Assembly (NCBI GenBank): GCA_030603365.1
Contig: JAUVXV010000008.1
Location: 32,001-96,000 of the forward strand
Direction of reading: 5' to 3'
DNA length: 64,000 bases
Source of the DNA: Candidatus Heimdallarchaeota archaeon
GTDB lineage: Archaea > Asgardarchaeota > Heimdallarchaeia > Heimdallarchaeales > Heimdallarchaeaceae
Every line of letters starts with the position of its first letter. Position 1 is the first letter of the stretch. Below are positions 30,379 through 38,709 of this stretch, in pieces. The notes under the pieces are model-generated. The model searched no databases and was not told the DNA's origin. It saw only the letters and a list, made by a program, of their open reading frames with translations. A program made the translations under genes and the position numbers.

Positions 30379-30932
30379 TCAACCTCTCCGAACGCTCTAT
30401 TAATCGCAACTTCATTCTTTTCTCCCAATACCCCTCTAAAACGATTAAGAGTAACTTTGACTAAGCTTTCAAGTTTAACAATATTGGTTACTTTGATTAG
30501 TGCTCCAAGCATTACCAGATTTGGAACATTTCTCCCAATTTCCTCTGTAGCAATTTTTGATCCATTAACCTTGTAAATATTTGCATGAACTCCTTCGAAA
30601 AATTTCACTAGATTATCCTTCATGCCATCATAATTTACTACAATTGTTCCTCCATCTTTCAATCCTTTTGCTACAGGAACATCATCAAGTAAAGTTGGGT
30701 CTATAACTACCACAATATGTGGTTCATAAACCTCAGTTTTTTCTGTGAAAGGTTCAGGAGATATTCGAGCATATGAGGTAACAGGTGCTCCTGCTCTTTC
30801 TGGACCAAAATTGGGAAATGCATGGACATATTGTCCTTCTAAAATAGCTGCTTCAGCCAATAATCTCGACGCGGTAACTGCCCCTTGACCACCTCTACCG
30901 TTTATTCTTATATCAGTGATTTCAGCCACCAT
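30375..30932 (-). CDS. porC: Oxidoreductase gamma subunit
   Basis: GRGGQGAVT, FGPERAGAPV, PNLVMLGA. Confidence 0.92.
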   Translation of the reverse strand: MVAEITDIRINGRGGQGAVTASRLLAEAAILEGQYVHAFPNFGPERAGAPVTSYARISPEPFTEKTEVYEPHIVVVIDPTLLDDVPVAKGLKDGGTIVVNYDGMKDNLVKFFEGVHANIYKVNGSKIATEEIGRNVPNLVMLGALIKVTNIVKLESLVKVTLNRFRGVLGEKNEVAINRAFGEVE

Positions 30933-31123
30933 AATCACCTTGATTTGTCATTATTAACCCACTGTACTGGACGGAAAACACGCATAAATTAAAGTTTATG
31001 ATGTAACCCCAATGCTATATGAGATAAAGTTACTATGTATGAGACAGTTATTTAAAACCTCTTTTCATTTATTGAGAAATAACAAAATACAAAATTTAGA
31101 ACACTGAAGGTTGAGATAGAAAA

Positions 31124-31675
31124 TTACTTTTCTGCTTCAATAGATTTATCTATCATCATATCTGTCAGGTGGAAGTATATTTCTGTTATGTTTGTTCCTT
31201 CCTTAGCAGATACTTCGTAGTATGGTAATTCTTCTAATTTGTAAAGTTCTCTCTTCTTTTCAGCATAAGCTAAAGCTTGTTCTTGAGTCACCCTTCTTTC
31301 TTCAGAAATATCAGCTTTATTACCGATTAGAATTGCAGGAATTATTTCTTCACAATTGGAATAAACTTCTTCAAACCATTTATCTAGATTTTCGAAAGAT
31401 TCTTCATCTGCTATGTCATAGACTACTAGAACTCCATAGCTTCCTTTGTAATATAGGGGGCGTACATAGGAAAAACGATCGTGACTACCTGTATCCCAAG
31501 TTTGTAATTTAACTTGTTTCCCCTGGACTTCTATATCTTTAACTGAAAACTCCACTCCGATAGTTGGTAAATATCTTTCTCTAAAAGTACCAGTTGCAAA
31601 TCTCAATGTAATTGAGGTTTTACCTACACCTGGTGAACCAACTATAATTGTTTTAAATAGATAGTCAAACAGCAA
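31124..31675 (-). CDS. Rab-like small GTPase (eukaryotic signature protein)
   Basis: DYLFK, G1 GSPGVGKT, PTIGVEF, KLQTWDT, YYKGS, VVYDI, G4 NKAD, G5 SAK. Confidence 0.92.
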   Translation of the reverse strand: MLFDYLFKTIIVGSPGVGKTSITLRFATGTFRERYLPTIGVEFSVKDIEVQGKQVKLQTWDTGSHDRFSYVRPLYYKGSYGVLVVYDIADEESFENLDKWFEEVYSNCEEIIPAILIGNKADISEERRVTQEQALAYAEKKRELYKLEELPYYEVSAKEGTNITEIYFHLTDMMIDKSIEAEK

Positions 31676-31785
31676 TGCTATTCACTAATTCTAATCCCCT
31701 AAATTCTTTCTTAAAGTTATTGAAAGTTGTAGCTAACCTTTTCAAGACGAAAGTTATATAATCTCTTGAATTCAGATATTATATT

Positions 31786-32346
31786 GTGAAATTTCTTGTA
31801 ATTTTTGGTCCTCCAGCTACTGGAAAAATGACTGTTGGTCAAGAACTCTCTAAAATCACATCATTGAAACTTCTTCATAATCACCTGACTATTGAACTGC
31901 TCTTGAATTTTTTTGATTATGGAACTCCTAAATTTGTTTTGCTGAATAACGAATTTAGGCAAAGAATCATGGAAGAATCAGCTTCAAGTGATCTTCCAGG
32001 GCTAATTTTCACTTTTGTTTGGGGATTGAATGTAGCAAAGGATAGAGAGTACATAGACCAAATGAGTGAAATATTTAGCAGAAATGGTGGAACAACATAT
32101 TATGTTGAGTTATATTGTGAATTGGATGAGAGGTTAAAAAGAAATAGAGGAGATTCAAGACTTGCTGAAAAACCATCAAAGAGGGATCATGATTTATCAG
32201 AAAAAAGACTTCTAGAAATTGAAAAGACCTATACTATGAATACTAATGGTGAGTTTTTTTACAAAGAAAACTATATCAAAATTGATAACACCAAACTTAG
32301 CGCTAAGGAAGTAGCAGAAAAAATAAAGGAAGAATTTGGGATATGA
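31786..32346 (+). CDS. P-loop kinase (shikimate/nucleotide-kinase-like)
   Basis: GPPATGKMTVG, HNHLTIE, ERLKRN...RL..KPSKRD. Confidence 0.8.
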   Translation: MKFLVIFGPPATGKMTVGQELSKITSLKLLHNHLTIELLLNFFDYGTPKFVLLNNEFRQRIMEESASSDLPGLIFTFVWGLNVAKDREYIDQMSEIFSRNGGTTYYVELYCELDERLKRNRGDSRLAEKPSKRDHDLSEKRLLEIEKTYTMNTNGEFFYKENYIKIDNTKLSAKEVAEKIKEEFGI

Positions 32347-33156
32347 TTAAAACGTTTCCTCATTTTCATAATAAGGAATAATTTTTCCACTAATGAATTC
32401 GAAAAGAATTGGATCTCCCGTTAATTCTGGCTTACCTTTTACATTTATCACTCTTACTTCAGTTATTGGTCTATCTGCTTTAGTCTTAGATTTAGATACA
32501 CGTATGGTAACGTCACAGTTGTGCTCTATTGCTCTAACTAACAGAGGGTCATGAGCATCATGGTGAAGAATGAATACAGTAACCGAACCTTCAATTTTGT
32601 TTGCTGCTAATCTGTTTTGCAAGAAGGAGAATAGTATCTTTTTACTTTCATCAGATGCATATATTATTGAAGAAAGTGAAACTACAATCCCTCTCTTCAA
32701 TACTTTCTGATTTTGAACATGTAGAAAAGATCTTCTAATTGTTTCATTAATCTCTCTTGGCTGACTCAGATTATGAACAGCATTTTCGTGAGTTGTTTTA
32801 ACGTCTGTATAACCAAAAGGGTTACTAAAAGCATCAATAAACTTTAGTCTTCCTGTTGCTTCAAGCATCTCAGGATTAACACCTATACCGTTCATTACTT
32901 CGTTATAGTAGCTATATGGATGTTCTGTGGAAAAGATATATCCATATTCTCCGGATCTTAATCCCTCTGCTAGAAACTGTAAAACGAAAGGATCTGCTTC
33001 TGCGCCTATTTCATCTTCAATTAAAACATTAGATCCCGCTGGAACCCCTCCTCCAAGTATTTCATCTAAAGTTGGTATTCCAAATGTAAAAAGTTTCTTT
33101 TCTACTGAATCAGAATTTGTTGAAAACATAGGATTCATCTCATATATTCTAATCAA
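32347..33156 (-). CDS. KaiC/RAD55-like RecA-fold protein with degenerate Walker motifs
   Basis: FGIPTLDEILGGGVPAGSNVLI, QFLAEGL..GE, FIDAF; P-loop reads EDEIGAEAD. Confidence 0.8.
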   Translation of the reverse strand: MIRIYEMNPMFSTNSDSVEKKLFTFGIPTLDEILGGGVPAGSNVLIEDEIGAEADPFVLQFLAEGLRSGEYGYIFSTEHPYSYYNEVMNGIGVNPEMLEATGRLKFIDAFSNPFGYTDVKTTHENAVHNLSQPREINETIRRSFLHVQNQKVLKRGIVVSLSSIIYASDESKKILFSFLQNRLAANKIEGSVTVFILHHDAHDPLLVRAIEHNCDVTIRVSKSKTKADRPITEVRVINVKGKPELTGDPILFEFISGKIIPYYENEETF

Positions 33157-33201
33157 ATCTTTGGGTTTTCGAATATTAAAATATAGTGCTAGCTATCAAC
33201 C

Positions 33202-33531
33202 TTAGTTAAGTTTCTTGGTTAGTTTCTTTCTTAGTTTGTCATCCAATTGGTTAGGAGTCATGTAATCATATTGATTGTATTGTACTTTATTTTTGAATTT
33301 TGGATTAGCTTTTTGAAGAGATTTAATTGGTCTAAGACATTGTCCATTATCACCCATCTTTCTTTCTCTACATTCAGCATAAATACACATAGAACCTAGA
33401 CATTCCACATCGTCCATAGTACAGTTGAAAGACTTTTTCCCATTATTATTAACGATTCTAAGCATTCTTTTGCTACAGAAAAAAGATTTACAAGTTAGCT
33501 TGCATTCTTGATCATTTGAACTGGCTGTCAT
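33202..33531 (-). CDS. Cys-rich hypothetical protein
   Basis: Eight Cys: CKLTCKSFFC...C.....ECLGSMCIYAEC........QC. Confidence 0.7.
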   Translation of the reverse strand: MTASSNDQECKLTCKSFFCSKRMLRIVNNNGKKSFNCTMDDVECLGSMCIYAECRERKMGDNGQCLRPIKSLQKANPKFKNKVQYNQYDYMTPNQLDDKLRKKLTKKLN

Positions 33532-33747
33532 AGAAAAATACTTGCTATAATTCCAGCTATGAGTCCACTAAATAATCCTCGAAGTGTCTTAAGATCGCCT
33601 AGAATTCTTTTTCCATCGATGAAATTATTGTAAGCATCAACAGGATATCCCCCCACCAAAAATTGCTGGAGCTGCATTAGAAACAAATATTGGGAGGGCA
33701 AAAAGGATAGCTAAATCTACATAACATGAAGCCCATAATTTTCACAT
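33528..33747 (-). pseudogene. carS: Disrupted, truncated CDP-archaeol synthase relic; not in ORF track
   Basis: Manual translation LPIFVSNAAPAIFGG[frameshift in G6]GYPVDAYNNFIDGKRILGDLKTLRGLFSGLIAGIIASIFL* matches the CarS N-terminal motif; C-terminal half absent. Confidence 0.8.
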
Positions 33748-33866
33748 CAAGTAAACAACATTTGTTAAAAATCACTCTATTTAAAATATGCGAAGAAGGA
33801 TAAGTCGTAGATTCTTAAATTAAAATAACAAAAAGATTAATTGTAAGTACCACTATTTCTTTATGA

Positions 33867-34919
33867 ATGTATGATTTAGCTTTCATTTATTCCGATATTT
33901 TCAAAAAACATGCGATGGACAGAGCTCATCCTGAATCGCCTCTTCGTTTAGATGAAATAATGAAAGCAGTAAATGAAATTCAGAGCGAAAAAAAATACAA
34001 TATTGCTACGTTATTACCAGAAATAATAGATGAAGAATATCTTCTATCTGTTCATGTTACTGATTACATAGACAAAATAAGAGCAATTTCTAAAGGTGGA
34101 GGAGGGATGATCACCATTGATACAACTCTCAATGAACATACATTCTTCATAGCCAAGTATGCTGCAGGAGCAACCAAACAGGCTGCTCAATTAGTAGATG
34201 AAAATAAAGCAAGAAAAAGTTTTGCTGTTGTAAGACCTCCAGGACATCATGCAGAGAGTACTTCAGCTGGAGGATTTTGTTATTTTAACAATATAGCTAT
34301 AGCAGCTGAATGGTTAGTTCAATATAAAGGATATAACAAAGTTGCAATTATAGATATTGATCATCATTTCGGAAATGGCACATCCCACATTTTTTATCAT
34401 AGAAAAGATGTTTTTTATCTCTCTATACACGCTCATCCTAGATATTCATATCCAGGTTCAGGTTATTCAAATGAGATAGGGGTTGTTGACGCTAAAGGAT
34501 ATAATGTGAATGTAACTCTTTTACCGGGTATCAATGGCTATGATTGGTTGCATTCACTAAAATTCTCTTTGAACATAGTGAAACAATATCAACCAGAGAT
34601 AATACTAGTTTCAGTAGGATTTGATTCATTAGCTGGTGATCCCGTTGGTATCATGAATGTGGAACCTAATGCATTCTATGGTGCAGGATTTCTCTTAAAT
34701 CAATTCGCTGAAGAGATCTGTGAAGGGAAAATCGTCTGTACTTTAGAGGGAGGATACAAAAGAGATCAACTTAAAGCTGTGAGTAAGAAGTTCATTTTAG
34801 GACTGCTTGGGAACAAACCAGACTTTATCCATCAATTGGAAAGAAGCAAAGTTACTGAACATACTGCTAAAATGTTGAACCAAGTTAAGAGAGAGCATCA
34901 GAACTATTGGCGATTTTAA
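33867..34919 (+). CDS. Histone deacetylase / acetoin-utilisation family protein
   Basis: HPESPLRL, RPPGHHA, GFCYFNN, DIDHHFGNGT, YPGSG, GFD..AGDP, LEGGY. Confidence 0.95.
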   Translation: MYDLAFIYSDIFKKHAMDRAHPESPLRLDEIMKAVNEIQSEKKYNIATLLPEIIDEEYLLSVHVTDYIDKIRAISKGGGGMITIDTTLNEHTFFIAKYAAGATKQAAQLVDENKARKSFAVVRPPGHHAESTSAGGFCYFNNIAIAAEWLVQYKGYNKVAIIDIDHHFGNGTSHIFYHRKDVFYLSIHAHPRYSYPGSGYSNEIGVVDAKGYNVNVTLLPGINGYDWLHSLKFSLNIVKQYQPEIILVSVGFDSLAGDPVGIMNVEPNAFYGAGFLLNQFAEEICEGKIVCTLEGGYKRDQLKAVSKKFILGLLGNKPDFIHQLERSKVTEHTAKMLNQVKREHQNYWRF

Positions 34920-34975
34920 CAAAATTAATAAAAAAAGGCAATAATTTTTTAAATAGCTAGTTTATTTCGATTCCT

Positions 34976-36376
34976 ATGTCTGAAGTTTTTGAAGAAGAGG
35001 TTGAATTAGAAACTAAAACATCTAAACTCAACGTTTTCAAATGGTCAATGTACGATTTAGCAAACACAATTTATTCTATGATAATTGTTAGTTTGATTAT
35101 CAATCGTTATGTGTTAGTAATAGGACAAGTAGAACATGGGATGGAATATGGTGAAGCTAGCTTCATTTTTGGAATAGTAGCAGCTGCTATGCAAGTAATC
35201 ACTGCAATTGGTATGCCTATAATGGGAGCTTTAAGTGATACTACAGGTAGAAGAAAACCATTTGTTCTTGTTTTAACAGGTGTAATACTACTATTCTCTA
35301 GTCTTCTCGGTTTATTCCACAATATTTCAATAGTATTGATTCTTTATGTAATTGCCAATATTGCATATCAATGGAGTCTTGCGTTTTATGATGCAATGTT
35401 ACCTTTTATAGCTAACCCAAAAGATGTCGGGAAAGTTGGAGGATTTGGTGTAGCTTTTGGTTACTTAGGAACAATAATCTCATTGTTGGTTATGTTTCCA
35501 TTAATAATGTATTATGGTGATGTTATTAGTAAAGATCCAAATGATATTGTAGCTAATCTATCATATGGTTATACAGGTGAATGGTGGGTTTTTGTTATCC
35601 CGATGGCACTTTTTGCTGTATTTGGAATTCCTTTGATTTTCGTTAAAGAAAGACAAAAAAAGAAAAAGATGTCAGAACAGAAAGATATACTTAAAAAGAC
35701 CTTTAGACAGCTTGGCAGGACTTTTAAAGAAATAAGAAAACATCGTCAGATGTTTATCTTTGTGATAGCATACTTCTTTATTGCAGATGTAGCAAACGTT
35801 ATTGTAGCTTATATGACTCCTTTAGTGACTGATGCACTTCAAATTGAAGGTGCGGGTATTTCAAAAGACCTTTTTGCAATAATTTTCATAATTATTGCGA
35901 CTGTAGCAGCTGTAGCTTTCACATACTTCATTGGTAGATTTGCAGAAAAATATGGTGCTAAAAACGCTTTCTTCCTTGTTGGAGGATTATGGGCTCTTGC
36001 TTTGCTTTTAGGAATATTAGGAATATTTGTATGGGCACCCATAACAATTGGATTTAATTTTCCATTTATCATGATGATTTTAATGGGATGTTCAGCTGGT
36101 GTAGCTTTAGGAGGTACCTGGACAGCTCAAAGAGTTATGGTTATGGAATTAGCTCCCAAAGAGAAATTCGGAGAGTACTTTGGATTCTCAAAGCTAAGTG
36201 GGAAGGTTTCTTCAGCATTAGGACCTATTATCTTTGGAGCAATTTTACTAGCTCTTGATCCAATAATCAGTTTCAAAGCATATGGAGTAGCCATGGCTGT
36301 TGTTGGTGGAATAATGGCAATAGGTTTAGTAATTATGGCTTTTGTCCGTCCTGAAAAATCAGCAAGAAACTACTAA
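34976..36376 (+). CDS. MFS transporter, UMF1/Atg22-like
   Basis: WSMYDLAN, GALSD..GRRK, FYDAML, GYLG, GEYFG...GK.S..LGP. Confidence 0.85.
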   Translation: MSEVFEEEVELETKTSKLNVFKWSMYDLANTIYSMIIVSLIINRYVLVIGQVEHGMEYGEASFIFGIVAAAMQVITAIGMPIMGALSDTTGRRKPFVLVLTGVILLFSSLLGLFHNISIVLILYVIANIAYQWSLAFYDAMLPFIANPKDVGKVGGFGVAFGYLGTIISLLVMFPLIMYYGDVISKDPNDIVANLSYGYTGEWWVFVIPMALFAVFGIPLIFVKERQKKKKMSEQKDILKKTFRQLGRTFKEIRKHRQMFIFVIAYFFIADVANVIVAYMTPLVTDALQIEGAGISKDLFAIIFIIIATVAAVAFTYFIGRFAEKYGAKNAFFLVGGLWALALLLGILGIFVWAPITIGFNFPFIMMILMGCSAGVALGGTWTAQRVMVMELAPKEKFGEYFGFSKLSGKVSSALGPIIFGAILLALDPIISFKAYGVAMAVVGGIMAIGLVIMAFVRPEKSARNY

Positions 36377-36790
36377 TCTTTTCTTTTCTAATAAAAATAG
36401 CAAGGAAAGGATTATTTTTCCTCTTCCTTTTTTTTTGTCCATTTTGATTATTTCTAACTAAACCTGCATAGAGTATTATTGAAGCTACTGTAACGATTAA
36501 AAATAAACAGAAAAAGAATGAGAACAGAACGAGTTTCGAGTTATGATGTTTTTTCTTTTTTTTCTCAGTTAATTGGACCAAAAGCGACAGTATCCACTAA
36601 TAGTGTATAACAATTTATTTTATTTTGTCGCTCATTCTTCAACATCAATACTCAAGACAGAATTCCTCTCAGAAGTCTTAAAAGGTTGTCGATGAATTAG
36701 AATCAGACTATTATAGAGAGATAATTGTTTGTTCTTTTCTCTATATTACATACAATAACAGTTTTAATTTCTCTCTCTTTAGTGTAAATA

Positions 36791-37684
36791 ATGTCAGAAG
36801 AAGACAAAGTTCCCAAAACAGCTCTAAATCTAATGTTGGAATTAATTGTGGGTAGGAAAAAAGAACTCAAATTGATGATTAGAGCAGTTGAAAAAGGTTT
36901 ACCAATCATTATTGAAGGACCAGTGGGGACAGGAAAAACAGAAATGGCTAAAGCATTAGCCAGCAGTCTCGACAAACTATTCGTCCGAGTTGATGGGGAT
37001 GATAGTCTTACATCCATTAAACTGAAAGGTTGGTATGACCCTCCTCTTGTTATAGAAAAAGGTTTTTCTAGAGAAACTTTCATTCCAGGCCCATTAACCC
37101 AGGCAATGGAAGAAGGAGGGATTTTCTTCTATAATGAAGTTAATAGAGCCCCCTCAGAAACAATTAATGCAGTGTTAACAGCTCTAGATGAGAATCTTAT
37201 TACTATTCCACAGTTAGGAGAGATAAAAGCCAAAAAAGGTTTCATTTCAATTTTCACTTATAATCCACAAGATACTGTTGCTACCAATCCTTTGCCCAAA
37301 GCATTCTATGATAGATGTGTATGGATCAATGTTACTCATCAAACTTTAGAGGAAATGCTACAGATTGTTAAATTAAGAACAAATTCAGAAGATTCACTTC
37401 TTAATCAAATCTCTTGCGAAATTGTTGAAGCTACATTGAATCATCCTGAACTTGAATATGGTTCAACAGTAAGAGGAGCTATTCAATTAGTAAGTCTTTT
37501 ACTAGGAGAAGAGAAACTAGAGGAAGAAATCCTGATTACCTATGTAATTTCAGTTCATTCGAGAAAAATACGGTGTAAAACAACAAGTCGAAAAACAGAG
37601 GAAGAAATAATCATTGAAATCGTTTCAAAGATATTGTCAAAGTATGATGATAACGATAGAATTTCACGAAAAAAAGAGAATTAG
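36791..37684 (+). CDS. MoxR/CoxD-like AAA+ ATPase
   Basis: EGPVGTGKT, PGPLTQAM, NEVNRA, TYNP, FYDR. Confidence 0.88.
   Translation: MSEEDKVPKTALNLMLELIVGRKKELKLMIRAVEKGLPIIIEGPVGTGKTEMAKALASSLDKLFVRVDGDDSLTSIKLKGWYDPPLVIEKGFSRETFIPGPLTQAMEEGGIFFYNEVNRAPSETINAVLTALDENLITIPQLGEIKAKKGFISIFTYNPQDTVATNPLPKAFYDRCVWINVTHQTLEEMLQIVKLRTNSEDSLLNQISCEIVEATLNHPELEYGSTVRGAIQLVSLLLGEEKLEEEILITYVISVHSRKIRCKTTSRKTEEEIIIEIVSKILSKYDDNDRISRKKEN
37669..37675 (+). other. Candidate -1 frameshift/slippage site A-AAA-AAA
   Basis: CGA AAA AAA GAG AAT TAG at the end of the ATPase; the -1 frame is open from 37660 straight into the vWA ORF. Confidence 0.45.
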
Positions 37685-37752
37685 GTGACCTTATTTCTTC
37701 CATTGTAGGGGATGAACCTTTTCTTACTTTTCCTTCCAAGCATGCAGGCAGA

Positions 37753-38709
37753 ATGCTTCTTAATGAGATATATTTAGAGCTAGGAAGGCAAGTTGAAGAT
37801 ATTACGAGAATTATTGAATTAGCTGAACAAGCCGCAGATGAAGCAAATTTAGAAGGTCTTCAGTTAATTGCAACCAATTATCCCCTAATTGCTGCACAAA
37901 TCCTTAACAAAATAGAATTAACAGAACAAATGCTAGATGATTTAGGTAGTGATGAGCTAATCCAGCTTTATTCTCGAACTAAGAAACATCTTAATTTTGG
38001 AATTCGGAAAAAAATGCTAGATAAATTAATACCATTTATAACAGAAAAGGCTAAATCAATTTTCAGAAGAGGGATATCATCTTCAGTTTCTAGATACATC
38101 AATTATGAACCAGGAGATTCTTGGGAAGTAGAGATGACAATTGAGAAGATGTTAGGTCTAGGAAAAACATCTCCAGATTATGAAAGTATTGTAGTGAAAG
38201 AACCTTCCAAAAGGAAGAAGAGTATTGTAATATGTATCGATAGAAGTATGAGTGTTCTTCAGCTCATCCACCAAATTGTACTCATGGCATCAGTTCTTTC
38301 TCTTTCAGTAAAACGAGATAATTTTGCAATTATTGAATTTGATTCTCAAGCTCATGTTATCAAGAGTATGTCAGAAGGTATCCATCCAGAAGCACTTGTG
38401 GAGCTGATCTTAAACATAGACAGTGGAGGAAAAACAAATCTTGAAGAAGCTTTGAGTTTAGCAACTGAACAATTGAAATTTAGCACTTCTAGAGAAAAAA
38501 TAATCTATCTGATAAGTGATTTGGAAAGAACAGCGGGAAGAAACCCTTTACCCATCATTCAGAGAATACCCGATTTGCGAATAATCTATGTAAAGACCTA
38601 TCGAAGAGTTTCGTTTGTAGATGAGGTAGTAACCCTATCCAATGTTTCTTTTGAAGAGTTGAACCAGAATTCAGATTTGGTGGATATTACAACTAGGTTG
38701 GTTGCTTAG
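37753..38709 (+). CDS. vWA domain protein (frame is open upstream to 37660)
   Basis: MIDAS DRSMSV, FDSQA, GGKTNL..AL, LISD. Confidence 0.85.
   Translation: MLLNEIYLELGRQVEDITRIIELAEQAADEANLEGLQLIATNYPLIAAQILNKIELTEQMLDDLGSDELIQLYSRTKKHLNFGIRKKMLDKLIPFITEKAKSIFRRGISSSVSRYINYEPGDSWEVEMTIEKMLGLGKTSPDYESIVVKEPSKRKKSIVICIDRSMSVLQLIHQIVLMASVLSLSVKRDNFAIIEFDSQAHVIKSMSEGIHPEALVELILNIDSGGKTNLEEALSLATEQLKFSTSREKIIYLISDLERTAGRNPLPIIQRIPDLRIIYVKTYRRVSFVDEVVTLSNVSFEELNQNSDLVDITTRLVA

Noticed and set aside
33867-34919. Histone deacetylase as a eukaryotic signature
   Set aside because: The family is widespread in bacteria and archaea, and nothing here indicates a histone substrate.
36333-36581. 82-aa minus-strand ORF with one hydrophobic stretch
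   Set aside because: Built largely from A/T homopolymer tracts, overlaps the MFS stop, and has no recognisable motif. The T-tracts may simply be terminators.
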